Positions 10,697-21,450 are shown, numbered from the stretch's first letter. The stretch is DNA of 64,000 nt from an uncultured virus (IMG/VR IMGVR_UViG_3300028569_000032) (IMGVR_UViG_3300028569_000032), one strand, 5' to 3'. Notes: generated from the letters alone by a model not told the origin. Numbers and translations are program-made.

Positions 10697-11157
10697 CCAC
10701 CTTCAAACAATTCCTGAAAGAAAATATACAATACAACAAAATAAGATTATGGAGAGCTTCTAATAATAATAAAACTTTTGAAGGTATGTCTCTAGCAGAA
10801 GATATTGAAACAGCAGAAATATATTTGAATAATCCCGGATTCGGAGGAAATACTATTTATTTCACAAATGTCGATTACAACAACATGAATATTATTGAAC
10901 TAGAAAATTTTCATGATTTGTGCCGTGCAATGAAAATTGAAGACTGGGATGAATGTAATGACTTGGTATTTCAAGTTGATGGAGGAAACATAGCAGGAGC
11001 TATACCACAATTAAAAAAAGTTAGAGAAAAACTAAAACAAGAAGGTTATGACTGGGTGAAAGTTGCAGAAGACTATCCATACGGAACTACTACTTGGCAA
11101 CCAATAAGTCAAAAAGCAGTTGAATCAATCAATCTTATAAAATATGAAGATAATTAA
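10693..11157 (+). CDS. Hypothetical protein, possibly ART-like
   Basis: IRLWRAS...GMSLAED...LKQEGYDWV; starts MTTFKQFLKE. Confidence 0.5.
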   Translation: MTTFKQFLKENIQYNKIRLWRASNNNKTFEGMSLAEDIETAEIYLNNPGFGGNTIYFTNVDYNNMNIIELENFHDLCRAMKIEDWDECNDLVFQVDGGNIAGAIPQLKKVREKLKQEGYDWVKVAEDYPYGTTTWQPISQKAVESINLIKYEDN

Positions 11158-11177
11158 CCGTTACCACTAAATAAATT

Positions 11178-11584
11178 ATGAAAACTTTCTTCCAATTCCT
11201 CGAAACACATGTTCCAGAAAATGCCATCCCTCTAAACATAGATGACCTCTATATCACCAAAAAAAAGCAGGAGATGGAGTAAACTATATCATCTATGATG
11301 GTAAAAAAATGATCGGCCATATATCAGGATTTGAACAAGAATTCGGGCAATTCAAAGATATGTTCCACCTATACAAAACCGAACTAAATAAAGAAACCAG
11401 AAATGACCCAAAATACCAAAACAAAAACATCTACAGAACCGCTATTCAAAAAGTAGCTAACCTTTACAAAAACGGTCTATTCGTAAACAAATATGAAGCA
11501 TCTTCATTGTTAAGAGACTCACTGAAAAAAATGGACACATACGAATTAATAGAAGACGAAGTATTAACCATCAAACCAGAATAA
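11178..11584 (+). pseudogene. Frameshifted gene (A8 tract at 11259-11266), possibly GNAT-like
   Basis: MKTFFQFLE... from 11178 joins the 11309..11584 ORF if one A is added to the tract. Confidence 0.65.
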
Positions 11585-11595
11585 GGAATATTATC

Positions 11596-12174
11596 ATGAT
11601 AAACTTCAAACTCTGGCTGGAAAAAGATGAAACAACTCACTTCACCTACCCAGATAATATCCAACCAAAAAACATGATAGGTTCAGGTTACTTCGCCACA
11701 GTCTATGATACCAACCACCCAAATGTTGTCATGAGAGTAGAAGAAATGAATGATTCCTTACGATTAAAAAAACATGAGCGAGGACAACCTTGCGAAAAAT
11801 TCATGATGAGGCCAGAAATTCAAGCAACAAAAGGAGTCGCAAAAATATATAACAACCAAATCAGAGAACTTGACCTAAATGGAAAACAAAAACCAATATT
11901 TATCACCTATAAGGAAAAACTTAACACAGATTATGAAGACTACTTTATAAGAAAATATGGACCAGAAAAAACAAATGAACTCTTATCCACAATTTTGAAA
12001 CAAACCTCAATTGAAAATGAAGATGAAGATGAAATAATCAGAAAACTCAGAGAATTCTCCCCAGAAACAGATAACCTCATCAAAGCCATTCGACTCGGAT
12101 TACCAATCTATGACTTACACAAAGAGAATGTCGCACTAGACAAAGAAAATAACCTCGTAGCCATAGACTGCTGA
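11596..12174 (+). CDS. Protein-kinase-like fold protein
   Basis: IGSGYFATVY Gly loop, DLHKENV catalytic loop, VAID. Confidence 0.75.
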   Translation: MINFKLWLEKDETTHFTYPDNIQPKNMIGSGYFATVYDTNHPNVVMRVEEMNDSLRLKKHERGQPCEKFMMRPEIQATKGVAKIYNNQIRELDLNGKQKPIFITYKEKLNTDYEDYFIRKYGPEKTNELLSTILKQTSIENEDEDEIIRKLREFSPETDNLIKAIRLGLPIYDLHKENVALDKENNLVAIDC

Positions 12175-12244
12175 AATTTATTTTAGTTTTTTCATAATTA
12201 TATTATTGCAAACCCATTTTGGCATCATAAACATAAATATTACC

Positions 12245-12620
12245 ATGATAACCTTCAAACAATTCCTAGAATCATTCAGAATGGAAGACCAAACATTCTC
12301 CGATAACAACGGCACCTACTCCGTACCAAAAACAGTCAACTACGCAACAGAAAATAAAAAAAATACCAATCTCTAAACTTCTACACAACCTAGAACCATC
12401 CCCACACGAAGAAGGATCAGAACTACCCGGTCATCCAGAATTTATCGAAAGAGCTAACCAAACTGACCTCAAATACCCTATCATCATCGTCAAATACCCA
12501 GACGGTCTATTCATCGCTGACGGTGTCCATAGACTCGCTAAAGCTCACTCTCTAAACCACGAAACTATCAAAGCTTATCTCCTAAACCAAAATGAACTAG
12601 AAGAATTCAAAATAGAATGA
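12245..12620 (+). pseudogene. Frameshifted ParB-like gene (A8 tract at 12356-12363)
   Basis: MITFKQFLES... then, in a shifted frame, ...DLKYPIIIVKYPDGLFIADGVHRLAKA...; absent from the ORF track. Confidence 0.7.
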
Positions 12621-13398
12621 AATTCAAACCAATCAAGAATCAACCCAATTCTTACTCTTCTGAAAAACCTGAATAATAAGAACCTATACCATAGTACTTT
12701 TTAATCTTATCCCTCGCATCATTGTAAAGAATTGTTGCATAAGAAGGACGAATATTCAATTCTTTAGCAATATCTTTATTCATCACATCCTCAGACCTGC
12801 GAGTCAAAATAATCCTCTGCCTCGGACTCAAACTCGGAACCCTTAACAAATCCTCTAATCTCATCTTTTCAAAAGATGGATCATCAGCAAATGAACTAGG
12901 CTCATGAACAGTACTAACTGTGTTAAATCTCACATTTCCTTTCTCACTCTTCCAATTGTTACGCCTTATAATGTCCACAACAGATGCTCTAATCATGTTT
13001 GTAATCAAACCACCAACTATGTTGTAATTCAATTTTCTATCTCTTATTTTTTCTTCAACCGTATCATGAACCCGCATCAATGTCCTGTTGATAATGTCCT
13101 CTTTATCAATAATGTTTATTCTAACCATTCTACGCTGATATGACAAAAGACTATTACTAAAACAATCCCTTATATTCTTGTCCAATCTCTCATAAAACTC
13201 TCCCTTCTTACCCAAATTACCAGAATACCATAAAAATAAATCCTGCAAATTCCTCTGACACTCAAAACGCCTCTGAGCATCGTCTGGATCTACAGATTCA
13301 TAAAAATCTCTATTCATAACATATTCAAAAAATGTTAACATAAATTCCTCTTAATCAATATGAAATTCAAACTAATCAAGAATCAACCCAATTCTTAC
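12617..13398. repeat. 39-bp direct repeat flanking the sigma-factor gene (12617-12655 and 13360-13398)
   Basis: atgaaattcaaac(c/t)aatcaagaatcaacccaattcttac, 1 mismatch. Confidence 0.9.
12652..13341 (-). CDS. ECF/sigma70-family sigma-factor-like protein
   Basis: Region 2-like EDIINRTLMRV...IRASVVDIIRR; region 4 LSPRQRIIL...NKDIAKELNI...YNDARDKIKK. Confidence 0.75.
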   Translation of the reverse strand: MLTFFEYVMNRDFYESVDPDDAQRRFECQRNLQDLFLWYSGNLGKKGEFYERLDKNIRDCFSNSLLSYQRRMVRINIIDKEDIINRTLMRVHDTVEEKIRDRKLNYNIVGGLITNMIRASVVDIIRRNNWKSEKGNVRFNTVSTVHEPSSFADDPSFEKMRLEDLLRVPSLSPRQRIILTRRSEDVMNKDIAKELNIRPSYATILYNDARDKIKKYYGIGSYYSGFSEE

Positions 13399-14176
13399 CA
13401 TCATAAACTAAAATTTTCGTCACAGGCAAAGAAACTTCTCCCGTATACTTCAAAGCCATCGGATTCTTCCCATAATTATTCTGAAAAAACCAAGATTCCA
13501 GTTTTTTATGCAATTCTGGATTCCTATCCTGATGAGCATAATAAAAAGGTGCTAACTTTTGTGCAGTTCCTACATTGTAATAATCATCATCCTCATCATT
13601 CAACAAAGGATCACGAAGACCAAACATTTTACCGGGAACCTTTCCAGACAAACTTCTGTAATTAGGATTCTTCTTAATACTCGAAAATGGAACCGGCTCT
13701 GCATCAATACCAGTCAACTTTTCTCCAACTTCATCCCTTGATAAATATCCTTTTGTCTTGTCCGATAAAGAAACATCTCCTAACTTGTTCAACTTACCAA
13801 CCCTTCTAGAAGCATAACTAAGAATGTCTTTCGCATGATTCTCAATGTCCAAATCCCATTCACCAAAATCAATACTTGGAACATCTATAACAACAACCAT
13901 AGGACTACCATCGAAAGAACCCTTCAAACCATCCAATTCTTGATTAATTCGATCCAAAGAATGAGATTTAGCCTTGCTCTCAGATGTCCAAAGAAATAAT
14001 CCACCACCCTGACCATGACCATATCCTGAAGACCTAGCACCTTCCCTCTTAAATGAATTCAATACCTCATCGTTCTTTCCAGAACTAGTCCCATGATAAA
14101 ACCTGAAAGAACCATGAATAACAATATCATGAGAATATCCCTCATCATGTCGAAGCCAATCTTTGAAATATATCAT
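13376..14176 (-). CDS. Putative ART-like protein
   Basis: FRFYHGTS...GHGQGGGLFLW...A..H motif; starts MIYFKDWLRHDE. Confidence 0.55.
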   Translation of the reverse strand: MIYFKDWLRHDEGYSHDIVIHGSFRFYHGTSSGKNDEVLNSFKREGARSSGYGHGQGGGLFLWTSESKAKSHSLDRINQELDGLKGSFDGSPMVVVIDVPSIDFGEWDLDIENHAKDILSYASRRVGKLNKLGDVSLSDKTKGYLSRDEVGEKLTGIDAEPVPFSSIKKNPNYRSLSGKVPGKMFGLRDPLLNDEDDDYYNVGTAQKLAPFYYAHQDRNPELHKKLESWFFQNNYGKNPMALKYTGEVSLPVTKILVYDGKNWVDS

Positions 14177-14633
14177 GAATTATTTACCCTATAGATATTT
14201 TTATATATTATAAATTAAATAAAACACCCCCACACCAAATCAAAATTTCCACCAGCCGCATTTTTTTAAGATGCCATCATTATAAGGTTTCAAAGTTTTT
14301 CAGCATTTATACATAATTGTCAAGACAAATTTTTTGCAAAAAGTTATTTTTTAATCGAATCAACCCACTATGCAAATAAAAAATAACGATTCAATAAAAA
14401 GGGGACCGTCATAGCAGGGGACGGCAGGGGGGGGTAACTATCCAACTATATCTTTTTCAATAATAATTTATCAATTTATATCTTTGTAAAAATAAAAAAA
14501 AATATAGCGAGCTAACAAAAAAAATGTTAGCTCGCTATATTTTTTTATATAATAATAAACTTAGAGCACAATGCCCAAAGAATAACAGGTATAAAAAAAG
14601 ATAGAGGGAGATATCTCCCTCTATCTAAGGAAA

Positions 14634-14861
14634 TCAGGCCACTAGCCTGATTTCCGTCCGTGGGTTGCCAATTGCGGCCTTGACGGCCTGACACACATGG
14701 GCATCGCTGCCCATGATGTGCGAGGCGGTCCCGAACTTTAGGATCACCCGCACGGGTGACCCCGATACCGTGCCGATCACGCAGCGGGACTCACGTCCCA
14801 AGACTGCCGAAACAAGGGCCTTGTCGGCCCCCATACGGATGAGACCATTAAGACTCACCAT
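14634..14861 (-). CDS. Hypothetical cassette protein (start MVSLNG)
   Basis: AAGGAG SD between the element and ATG 14861; hairpin downstream. Confidence 0.65.
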   Translation of the reverse strand: MVSLNGLIRMGADKALVSAVLGRESRCVIGTVSGSPVRVILKFGTASHIMGSDAHVCQAVKAAIGNPRTEIRLVA

Positions 14862-15167
14862 TGTCGCAGTCTCCTTTGAAGTGGAGGGATCAATCGTCCC
14901 CCTTACACTTACTACTCGGTCAGACTTGCACTCTGACATAACCATTTTTTTCTATATTTTTGTATATTAAATGATATCAGAATTTTTGGGAGAAGCTTGG
15001 AGTACAATGGCCAAAGAATAATATTGTTTCAAATTTGGAGTACAATGCCCAAAGAATAACAGGTATAAAAAAAGATATCACAAGATATTTAATTATATCT
15101 TGTGATATCAAAGTTATAAAAAAGATAGAGGGAGATATCTCCCTCTATCTATATCTATCACAATTTT

Positions 15168-15335
15168 TTACAGGGAGGCCTCATACGCTGCCCACGCAGC
15201 GTCGATTTTCGATCGCACTTCCTGAGGCATTCGCAAACCATCGTATTTCCAGAGGGCCTCCTGCTCTAGCAGGAGTGCCTTGCACTCCAACCTGAGTGCC
15301 TTTTCGTCCTCTTTCGACCAATCGTACTCACTCAT
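15168..15335 (-). CDS. Small hypothetical cassette protein, 55 aa (MSEYDWSKEDEKALRLECK...)
   Basis: AGGAG SD, preceded by the element at 15384; below the ORF-track size cutoff. Confidence 0.6.
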   Translation of the reverse strand: MSEYDWSKEDEKALRLECKALLLEQEALWKYDGLRMPQEVRSKIDAAWAAYEASL

Positions 15336-15935
15336 AGCGCATCTCCTGTGAAGTAAGGTGGATCACTTGTCCCCCTTACAATTACTACTCGGTCAGACTT
15401 GCACTCTGACATAACCGTTTTTTTCTATATTTTTGTATATTTTGTGATATATCCTGATATCAGGATTTTTAGGAGAAACTTAGAGTACAATGCCCAAAGA
15501 ATAATATCGTTTCAAACTTGGAGTACAATGGCCAAAGATTCTTTTGGGCATTGTACTCTGAATTTGTGATTAAAAAAAATATGTGATACATGCTGTTATG
15601 CATGTATCACATATTTATCAAGACTTATCATCAACAGAAACAGATTCTTGATCTTGTGCGCTATTATCAACTCCTCTACAAATAGCGCACAATGCCCACA
15701 CTTGCAATGTGGGGCAAGCGTTGCCACCACAAGCCTCACAAACTCCACCGGGGATAGGCCCCCACATGTCAACATCAACATTAGACATCTTATATTTCCT
15801 TCAATACCCTTTTAAGAATCGCACCCCTTGTGCGATTCCTTTTTGTGTTCCGATGATGGTGATATCCAGCACCAGAACGATGTTGCTTGTGACCAGTGCT
15901 TATTCTGCACTGGTCAATCTTTATAGCAATTTTTA

Positions 15936-16298
15936 TCATGACTCATCATCCTGTGAGTCATTTTTATCACCCAGCCGTAATGGCCTATCGACCAGTAGCG
16001 TTGTGATATAAATCACGCCATTTAGAACAGTGACCCATCCATGGGCCACATCGTCCGCAGAAAAGATTCTACGGATTTCAAGGGAAATATCAGACCATTG
16101 CCCCCCTGATGGACGAAAGCCCATCAGGGGGGCATTTTCATGCCCTGCCACCACTTCGTCGAGAAGGGTGATCTCAGGCTCTCCCCCTGCGATTTCAAAT
16201 CGCAGGGTTGACGTCAACCACTCCTTCAGAGAGGCCACACGGCCCCACTGAGTGATGAAAGCGGAAAAACCTTCTTTGCACTCATGCACGTTCAGCAT
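15936..16298 (-). CDS. Hypothetical cassette protein
   Basis: GGAG SD, element at 16329. Confidence 0.6.
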   Translation of the reverse strand: MLNVHECKEGFSAFITQWGRVASLKEWLTSTLRFEIAGGEPEITLLDEVVAGHENAPLMGFRPSGGQWSDISLEIRRIFSADDVAHGWVTVLNGVIYITTLLVDRPLRLGDKNDSQDDES

Positions 16299-16526
16299 GT
16301 TAAACTCCAAAGTGTTATCGTTACAATGACTACTCGGTCAGACTTGCACTCTGACATAACCAATTATTTGTATATTTTGTGATATTTTTAGATAGCGTGG
16401 AATACTCTACGCTGAGTAAATCTGGAGTACAATGCCCAAAGAATCTTTTGGCCATTGTACTCTGAATTTGTGATTAAATAAAAAAAAAGTCAGGATGGGA
16501 TTTTTCCCATCCTGACTTCGGGGTTT

Positions 16527-16778
16527 TTACGCAGGCAGGTCGAATGCCTGCTGGTGCTGGACCCAGTCCAGAACCTCCTCGTCAAGGAGGGTAACCTGTG
16601 GCTTGCGCCAAGGCGACACCTCCTTGTCCACAGAGATCAGGCGCACCCGCCTAATCTCTCGACGCTCGAAGCCCACGAGGGCGAGGCCCTCATAAAGGGA
16701 CTCGACCCCGTGGTGGGCCACCTCAGCGGTGCGCCCACCAACCAACAGAACTTTTGAAACCTTCCTTTTGATCATCAT
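16527..16778 (-). CDS. Hypothetical cassette protein
   Basis: GGAG SD, element at 16830, terminator at 16480-16517. Confidence 0.65.
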   Translation of the reverse strand: MMIKRKVSKVLLVGGRTAEVAHHGVESLYEGLALVGFERREIRRVRLISVDKEVSPWRKPQVTLLDEEVLDWVQHQQAFDLPA

Positions 16779-17047
16779 GGCGCAGACTCCACTGTAGTGA
16801 GTGGATCACTCGTCCGCCTCACTACAAACACTACTCGGTCAGACTTGCACTCTGACATAACCAATTATTTGTATATTTTGTGATATTTTTAGATATAACG
16901 TGGAATACTCTACGTTGCTTGTGGAATACTCTACGCTGAGTAAATCTGGAGTACAATGCCCAAAGAATCTTTTGGGCATTGTACTCTGAATTTGTGATTA
17001 AATAAAAAAAATAGACACAGTTATCTTTTGATAACTGTGTCTATATA

Positions 17048-17251
17048 CTACTTGCCCATGTGCATCCACGCCTCTTCATCTGATATAATCATATCAGTGT
17101 TGATATTGAGATAGGCGTGCTTGTGCCTTCGAGGGTTGAAGCAATACAGAAGCTTGGTCCCTGATCGGGCCACAAAAGGCACTTCTGTGCCTCCGCAGGC
17201 TGGGACCCATCGGTCAGCCACTGCAGACAGGGCGTAATCTGCATCACTCAT
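17048..17251 (-). CDS. Hypothetical cassette protein
   Basis: AGGAG SD, element at 17300. Confidence 0.65.
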   Translation of the reverse strand: MSDADYALSAVADRWVPACGGTEVPFVARSGTKLLYCFNPRRHKHAYLNINTDMIISDEEAWMHMGK

Positions 17252-17330
17252 AGCGCAGTCTCCTGTGAAGAGGAGGGATCAATCGTCCCCCCTACAATTA
17301 CTACTCGGTCAGACTTGCACTATGACATAC

Positions 17331-17744
17331 TCATTTTTTTGTATATTTTTGTATATCTACTTCTGCTTTGACTTTTGTTTTTCCTGATCGGGTCTTCTTT
17401 GGTAAAGACCCTGTTACCTCTCTGACACGATCCATTGCCACTTTGATATCATTAACAAAGTGGCTAATGTATTCGTCACCAGACTGCTGGTGGGCGATTG
17501 CTTCTTGCATCGCCTCCTTCAGCATCTCTGCTGCACGATCCCTTACTATGCCCATCTTTTCGAGCAGGAGGGCCATCGTCAATAACAGCGGGATGTCCAC
17601 TGTTGGAGTATATGTCTCGTCCTCGTCCTTGCTAAGACTGCCTTTAATGTTGACAACAAAGGTTTCATCGAAGCTGTAATCACCAGCTTCGACCTTTGGT
17701 GATTTGAGGGATTTGAGAAGAGCGGCGATGATGACATCGTTCAT
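17331..17744 (-). CDS. Hypothetical cassette protein
   Basis: GGAG SD, element at 17776; the stop abuts the next element. Confidence 0.7.
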   Translation of the reverse strand: MNDVIIAALLKSLKSPKVEAGDYSFDETFVVNIKGSLSKDEDETYTPTVDIPLLLTMALLLEKMGIVRDRAAEMLKEAMQEAIAHQQSGDEYISHFVNDIKVAMDRVREVTGSLPKKTRSGKTKVKAEVDIQKYTKK

Positions 17745-17937
17745 AATCAGACTCCACTGGGTTATTGTTACAATGACTACTCTGTCAGATCCGCACTCTG
17801 ACATAACCAATTATTTGTATATTTTGTGATATCAGTATAAACTTAGAGTACAATGCCCAAAGAATGTGTTTACATAAAAAAATAGCTCGTAGAATACTCC
17901 ACGTGTCTTGTGGAATACTCTACGAGCTTGTGATATA

Positions 17938-18225
17938 CTATGAATCATATTCTTTAGGCCAGTTATCATCAATTTTGTTTAGATAATTTGAGTGATCTTC
18001 TGATTCGTCATCGTATATGAATCTTATTGAAAGATAGCTTCCAAAATCATGAGGATTTGAAGCAATCTTTAGTGCCGATCCTTCTGGTGGTTGACCGAAG
18101 AGGCTCACAATTTGGTCAATTGTGCGTCTTGCTTCTTTTCTGGCAGCAGTTGGGTCGTAATTTGGACCAACCTGCTGGCAAGGCTCTTCTGATGGTGTTG
18201 TGTCGAAGTCGTAATGCTCACGCAT
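17938..18225 (-). CDS. Hypothetical cassette protein
   Basis: AAGGAG SD, element at 18256. Confidence 0.7.
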   Translation of the reverse strand: MREHYDFDTTPSEEPCQQVGPNYDPTAARKEARRTIDQIVSLFGQPPEGSALKIASNPHDFGSYLSIRFIYDDESEDHSNYLNKIDDNWPKEYDS

Positions 18226-18441
18226 CTTAATTACTCCTTGTGGTTAGTTACAAATAATACTCTGTCCGATCAGCAGTCTGACATAACGATTTATTATGAT
18301 GTGTTTACATAAAAAAATAGCTCGTAGAATACTCCACATGTCTTGTGGAATACTCTACGAGCTTGTTGAATACTCTACGCTTATAAGTTATACACAAGTT
18401 CCTTTCACTTGTGCAATTGGGTTATAGTTTCAGAAAAAAAA

Positions 18442-18762
18442 TCAAGATTCCAGACATATCTTTTGGCACAATGCCTCAATAGGAGCCAAGAATTCTTCAA
18501 GGCTCGTGCTGTAATCAGTGATCACATCGTGACCACTGTTGCCATATACTAAGAAGATGGTTGATCTTTTACCATCTTTCTTGAGTATGATGGCTTCTTC
18601 ATCGACACTGAAGCATTGCTCCAGCATCGATTTGATTGTTCCTGAGAGCCTGATTCGCTCTTCGCCATTGTCGATGGCGATGGCATAGCCTTCCTTCTTG
18701 GCCTTTGCCAAAATTGCCCTGACAACCTTGCGCTCGATCTTCTGACGTTGTTGAATTGTCAT
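18442..18762 (-). CDS. Hypothetical cassette protein
   Basis: GGAG SD, element at 18795. Confidence 0.7.
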   Translation of the reverse strand: MTIQQRQKIERKVVRAILAKAKKEGYAIAIDNGEERIRLSGTIKSMLEQCFSVDEEAIILKKDGKRSTIFLVYGNSGHDVITDYSTSLEEFLAPIEALCQKICLES

Positions 18763-19189
18763 GTCAATTACTCCACTTGGTTATCGTTACAATGACTACT
18801 CGGTCAGACTTGCACTCTGACATAACCAATTATTTGTATATTTTGTGATATTTTTAGATAGCGTGGAATACTCTACGCTGAAAAAACTTGGAGTACAATG
18901 GCCAAAGATTCTTTTGGGCATTGTACTCCAGATTTTGAAATAGCCAAAAAAAAGATAGCAGAGCTTATTGCCCTGCTATCTTAATGATATCAAATTTCTA
19001 TTGTGTAGTCTCCAGTTCCGATCATGCGATCCATTTCCTTTCTCACATGATCATAATGTTTATCTGACATTCCCAGATCGTTAAGTATGGAATCTAAAGC
19101 AACTTTATGTTGCTTTAGATGGTCCAATACTTCAGTAACTGCAATGAAATCGGACCTGTTCATTACAACACTCCTGTTGGTTTAAGATA

Positions 19190-19594
19190 TCAAACCATAC
19201 CAAAAGCTCTGGCCCAGCGGTTGATACCCTGCCATTTTTGTGGAGGGATGGCATTTGTGATCTTGTCGGCCAAGGCATCAAGATCTTTGGCCTTGGCCCT
19301 CATCTCACTGAGTTCACCGGGCAGATCAAAGTCTGCACATACCGGCAGGCACTGATGTTGACCTATTGGGCTAACAACAAAGGCAACCATTCGCCATAAG
19401 TAGGCCACACGGCCTGTTTCCAATGTTGGATGGCGTAATTTGCGGCCATCTTTTATGACGATGTTGTACTCGATCTTAGGCTTTGCAGCCCTCAATCGAC
19501 CCTTGTTTTTACCCTGAGTGGCAATAATGCCACGAGCAATTTCTTGCTCTTCTTGGGTAAGGTGATCGATAGGAATTATAGGCATCTCACGCAT
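19190..19594 (-). CDS. Hypothetical cassette protein
   Basis: GGAG SD, element at 19655. Confidence 0.7.
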   Translation of the reverse strand: MREMPIIPIDHLTQEEQEIARGIIATQGKNKGRLRAAKPKIEYNIVIKDGRKLRHPTLETGRVAYLWRMVAFVVSPIGQHQCLPVCADFDLPGELSEMRAKAKDLDALADKITNAIPPQKWQGINRWARAFGMV

Positions 19595-19701
19595 CTTCAG
19601 ACTCCACTGTGGGTTTCGATCATCGTTACTCGTTACTCGTTACTCGTTACAATGACTACTCGGTCCAACTTGCAGTTGGACACAACCAATTAACCAATTA
19701 A

Positions 19702-20037
19702 TTATTTTCCACGATAACGGCTGATAAAGTTGTCGATAGAGACGTCTCTAAGGCCTTCTTCTTCCTGTTGATCAAGTTTGTCGAAGATATCTTCTTTGTC
19801 CAAAAGGGTCTTTGGATCAAATGGGAACTCTTCCGATAGAGTTTCCAGCATTTTTGGGTCAACAGGAACTTCGTTCCATGACGCATCATCGTAGGCGACT
19901 ACTTTCGCCAGAATGATGTCATGTTCAATGACACCACGATGGTAACCGTATACTTCGCCCTCATAAGTGAGGTCGAAGGAAAAGTTTGTATATTTCACGG
20001 TTACCACTGATTCTTTTTCGGTAATGTAATGAACCAT
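19702..20037 (-). CDS. Hypothetical acidic cassette protein
   Basis: GGAG SD, element at 20075. Confidence 0.65.
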   Translation of the reverse strand: MVHYITEKESVVTVKYTNFSFDLTYEGEVYGYHRGVIEHDIILAKVVAYDDASWNEVPVDPKMLETLSEEFPFDPKTLLDKEDIFDKLDQQEEEGLRDVSIDNFISRYRGK

Positions 20038-20554
20038 CTTCAGACTCCACTGGGTTTCGATCATCGTTACAATGACTACTCGGTCAGACTTGCACTCCAA
20101 CATAACCAATTATTTGTATATTTTCTGATATTTTATGATATCAGAAAATTCAGGGTAAAACTTAGAGTACAATGCCCAAAGAATATTTTGGTTATTGTAC
20201 TCTGGCTTATGTGATTATAGGCTTAAAGTACAATGCTCAAAGAGTTTTTTGGGTATTGTACTCTGGTGTTAATCACAATCCATATAACACAAGATATAAA
20301 CTTATATCTTGTGTTATAGTTTGGAAGCTTGTGGAATACTCTACGCTGAAATCCACATACACAGACATAGTATTGGTGTTTGTTCTAGTGGGAGTATTTG
20401 CCCTATGAGTTCTGGGCATAATTCTCTGTTGAGTTCACAATCTATTATTTTGAACATGAGGTGCATCTCCAGAATAATCGTCACACAAGTAATACTCGGT
20501 CAGTTTCGCAGTCCAACATAACGGGTTTTGTGTATATAGTTTTGGAGGACAAAG

Positions 20555-20920
20555 ATGTATACAGGAATTGTATTGGACGAGAACAGCAGGTCACAATTGA
20601 TAAATGAATTTCCTTTACCACCTGATTGGGAATTGATATGTCATCATATGACAATAAATATTGGTTCATCAAGCAGTGGTCCTGCACAAGAATATCTTGG
20701 CCAAAAAGTTGATCTGTGTGTCAATTCTGTTGCTGTTGATGACAAGGTTATGGCAGTTGGTGTAGAAACAGAAGTACCAAGCGTCAATAGTAAAAAGCAT
20801 ATAACAATCGCAGTAAACAGAAAAGCTGGAGGTAAACCATTCATGGCTAATAAGCTCGTTGTATGGAAACCTATTCCAAAAGAAATTCATTTATCAGGTG
20901 TTGTTGAAGAGGTATCTTAG
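20555..20920 (+). CDS. 2H phosphoesterase family protein
   Basis: Two HxT motifs (HHMTI, KHITIA); GGAGG SD. Confidence 0.75.
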   Translation: MYTGIVLDENSRSQLINEFPLPPDWELICHHMTINIGSSSSGPAQEYLGQKVDLCVNSVAVDDKVMAVGVETEVPSVNSKKHITIAVNRKAGGKPFMANKLVVWKPIPKEIHLSGVVEEVS

Positions 20921-20986
20921 TATATCAATAGATTTTGACATAAAAAAAATCCCCCTTGCCTTTGTTTGGCAAGGGGGATTGGCTGA

Positions 20987-21319
20987 TCATAGTGTTTTAT
21001 TTGATAAGTATAAAATTGCTTTTTCTAGTATTTCTTTATTATCACAAAAAAGACCAAGACCACAATTACATTTAGAACACAACAAACCTCTAAAGTTTCC
21101 ATTTTTGTGACAATGATCTATAGCAAGAGTAATATCTGAACGTCCACAAATTTCACAAATGCCATTATGTTTATCAATGTATTCTAAAACCTCAGGAACG
21201 CTAAGTTTTAATTTTCTTATTGATCTTCTAAGAATTCCCCTTTCATGTTTTTCTGGATTTTTTTGCTCCCATATTTTCTTACTTTTTTTAACTTTATCTG
21301 GATTTTTTTTTCTATATTC
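20987..21319 (-). pseudogene. 5'-truncated Endonuclease VII-family (HNH) remnant
   Basis: Translated by hand: CEICGRSDITLAIDHCHKNGNFRGLLCSKCNCGLGLF; in-frame TAA at 21320-21322 and no ATG/GTG start. Confidence 0.75.
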
Positions 21320-21450
21320 TTAGGGGCATTTCCGGGCCTGCGATTGGATGCGTGGATATGGAAGACGATTAGGAATCAACGACGATATGGGAAACGAAAA
21401 ACCCCCGCATGGGTTTGCCATGCGGGGGTTAGTTGGTGCCCTCTGGGGAA

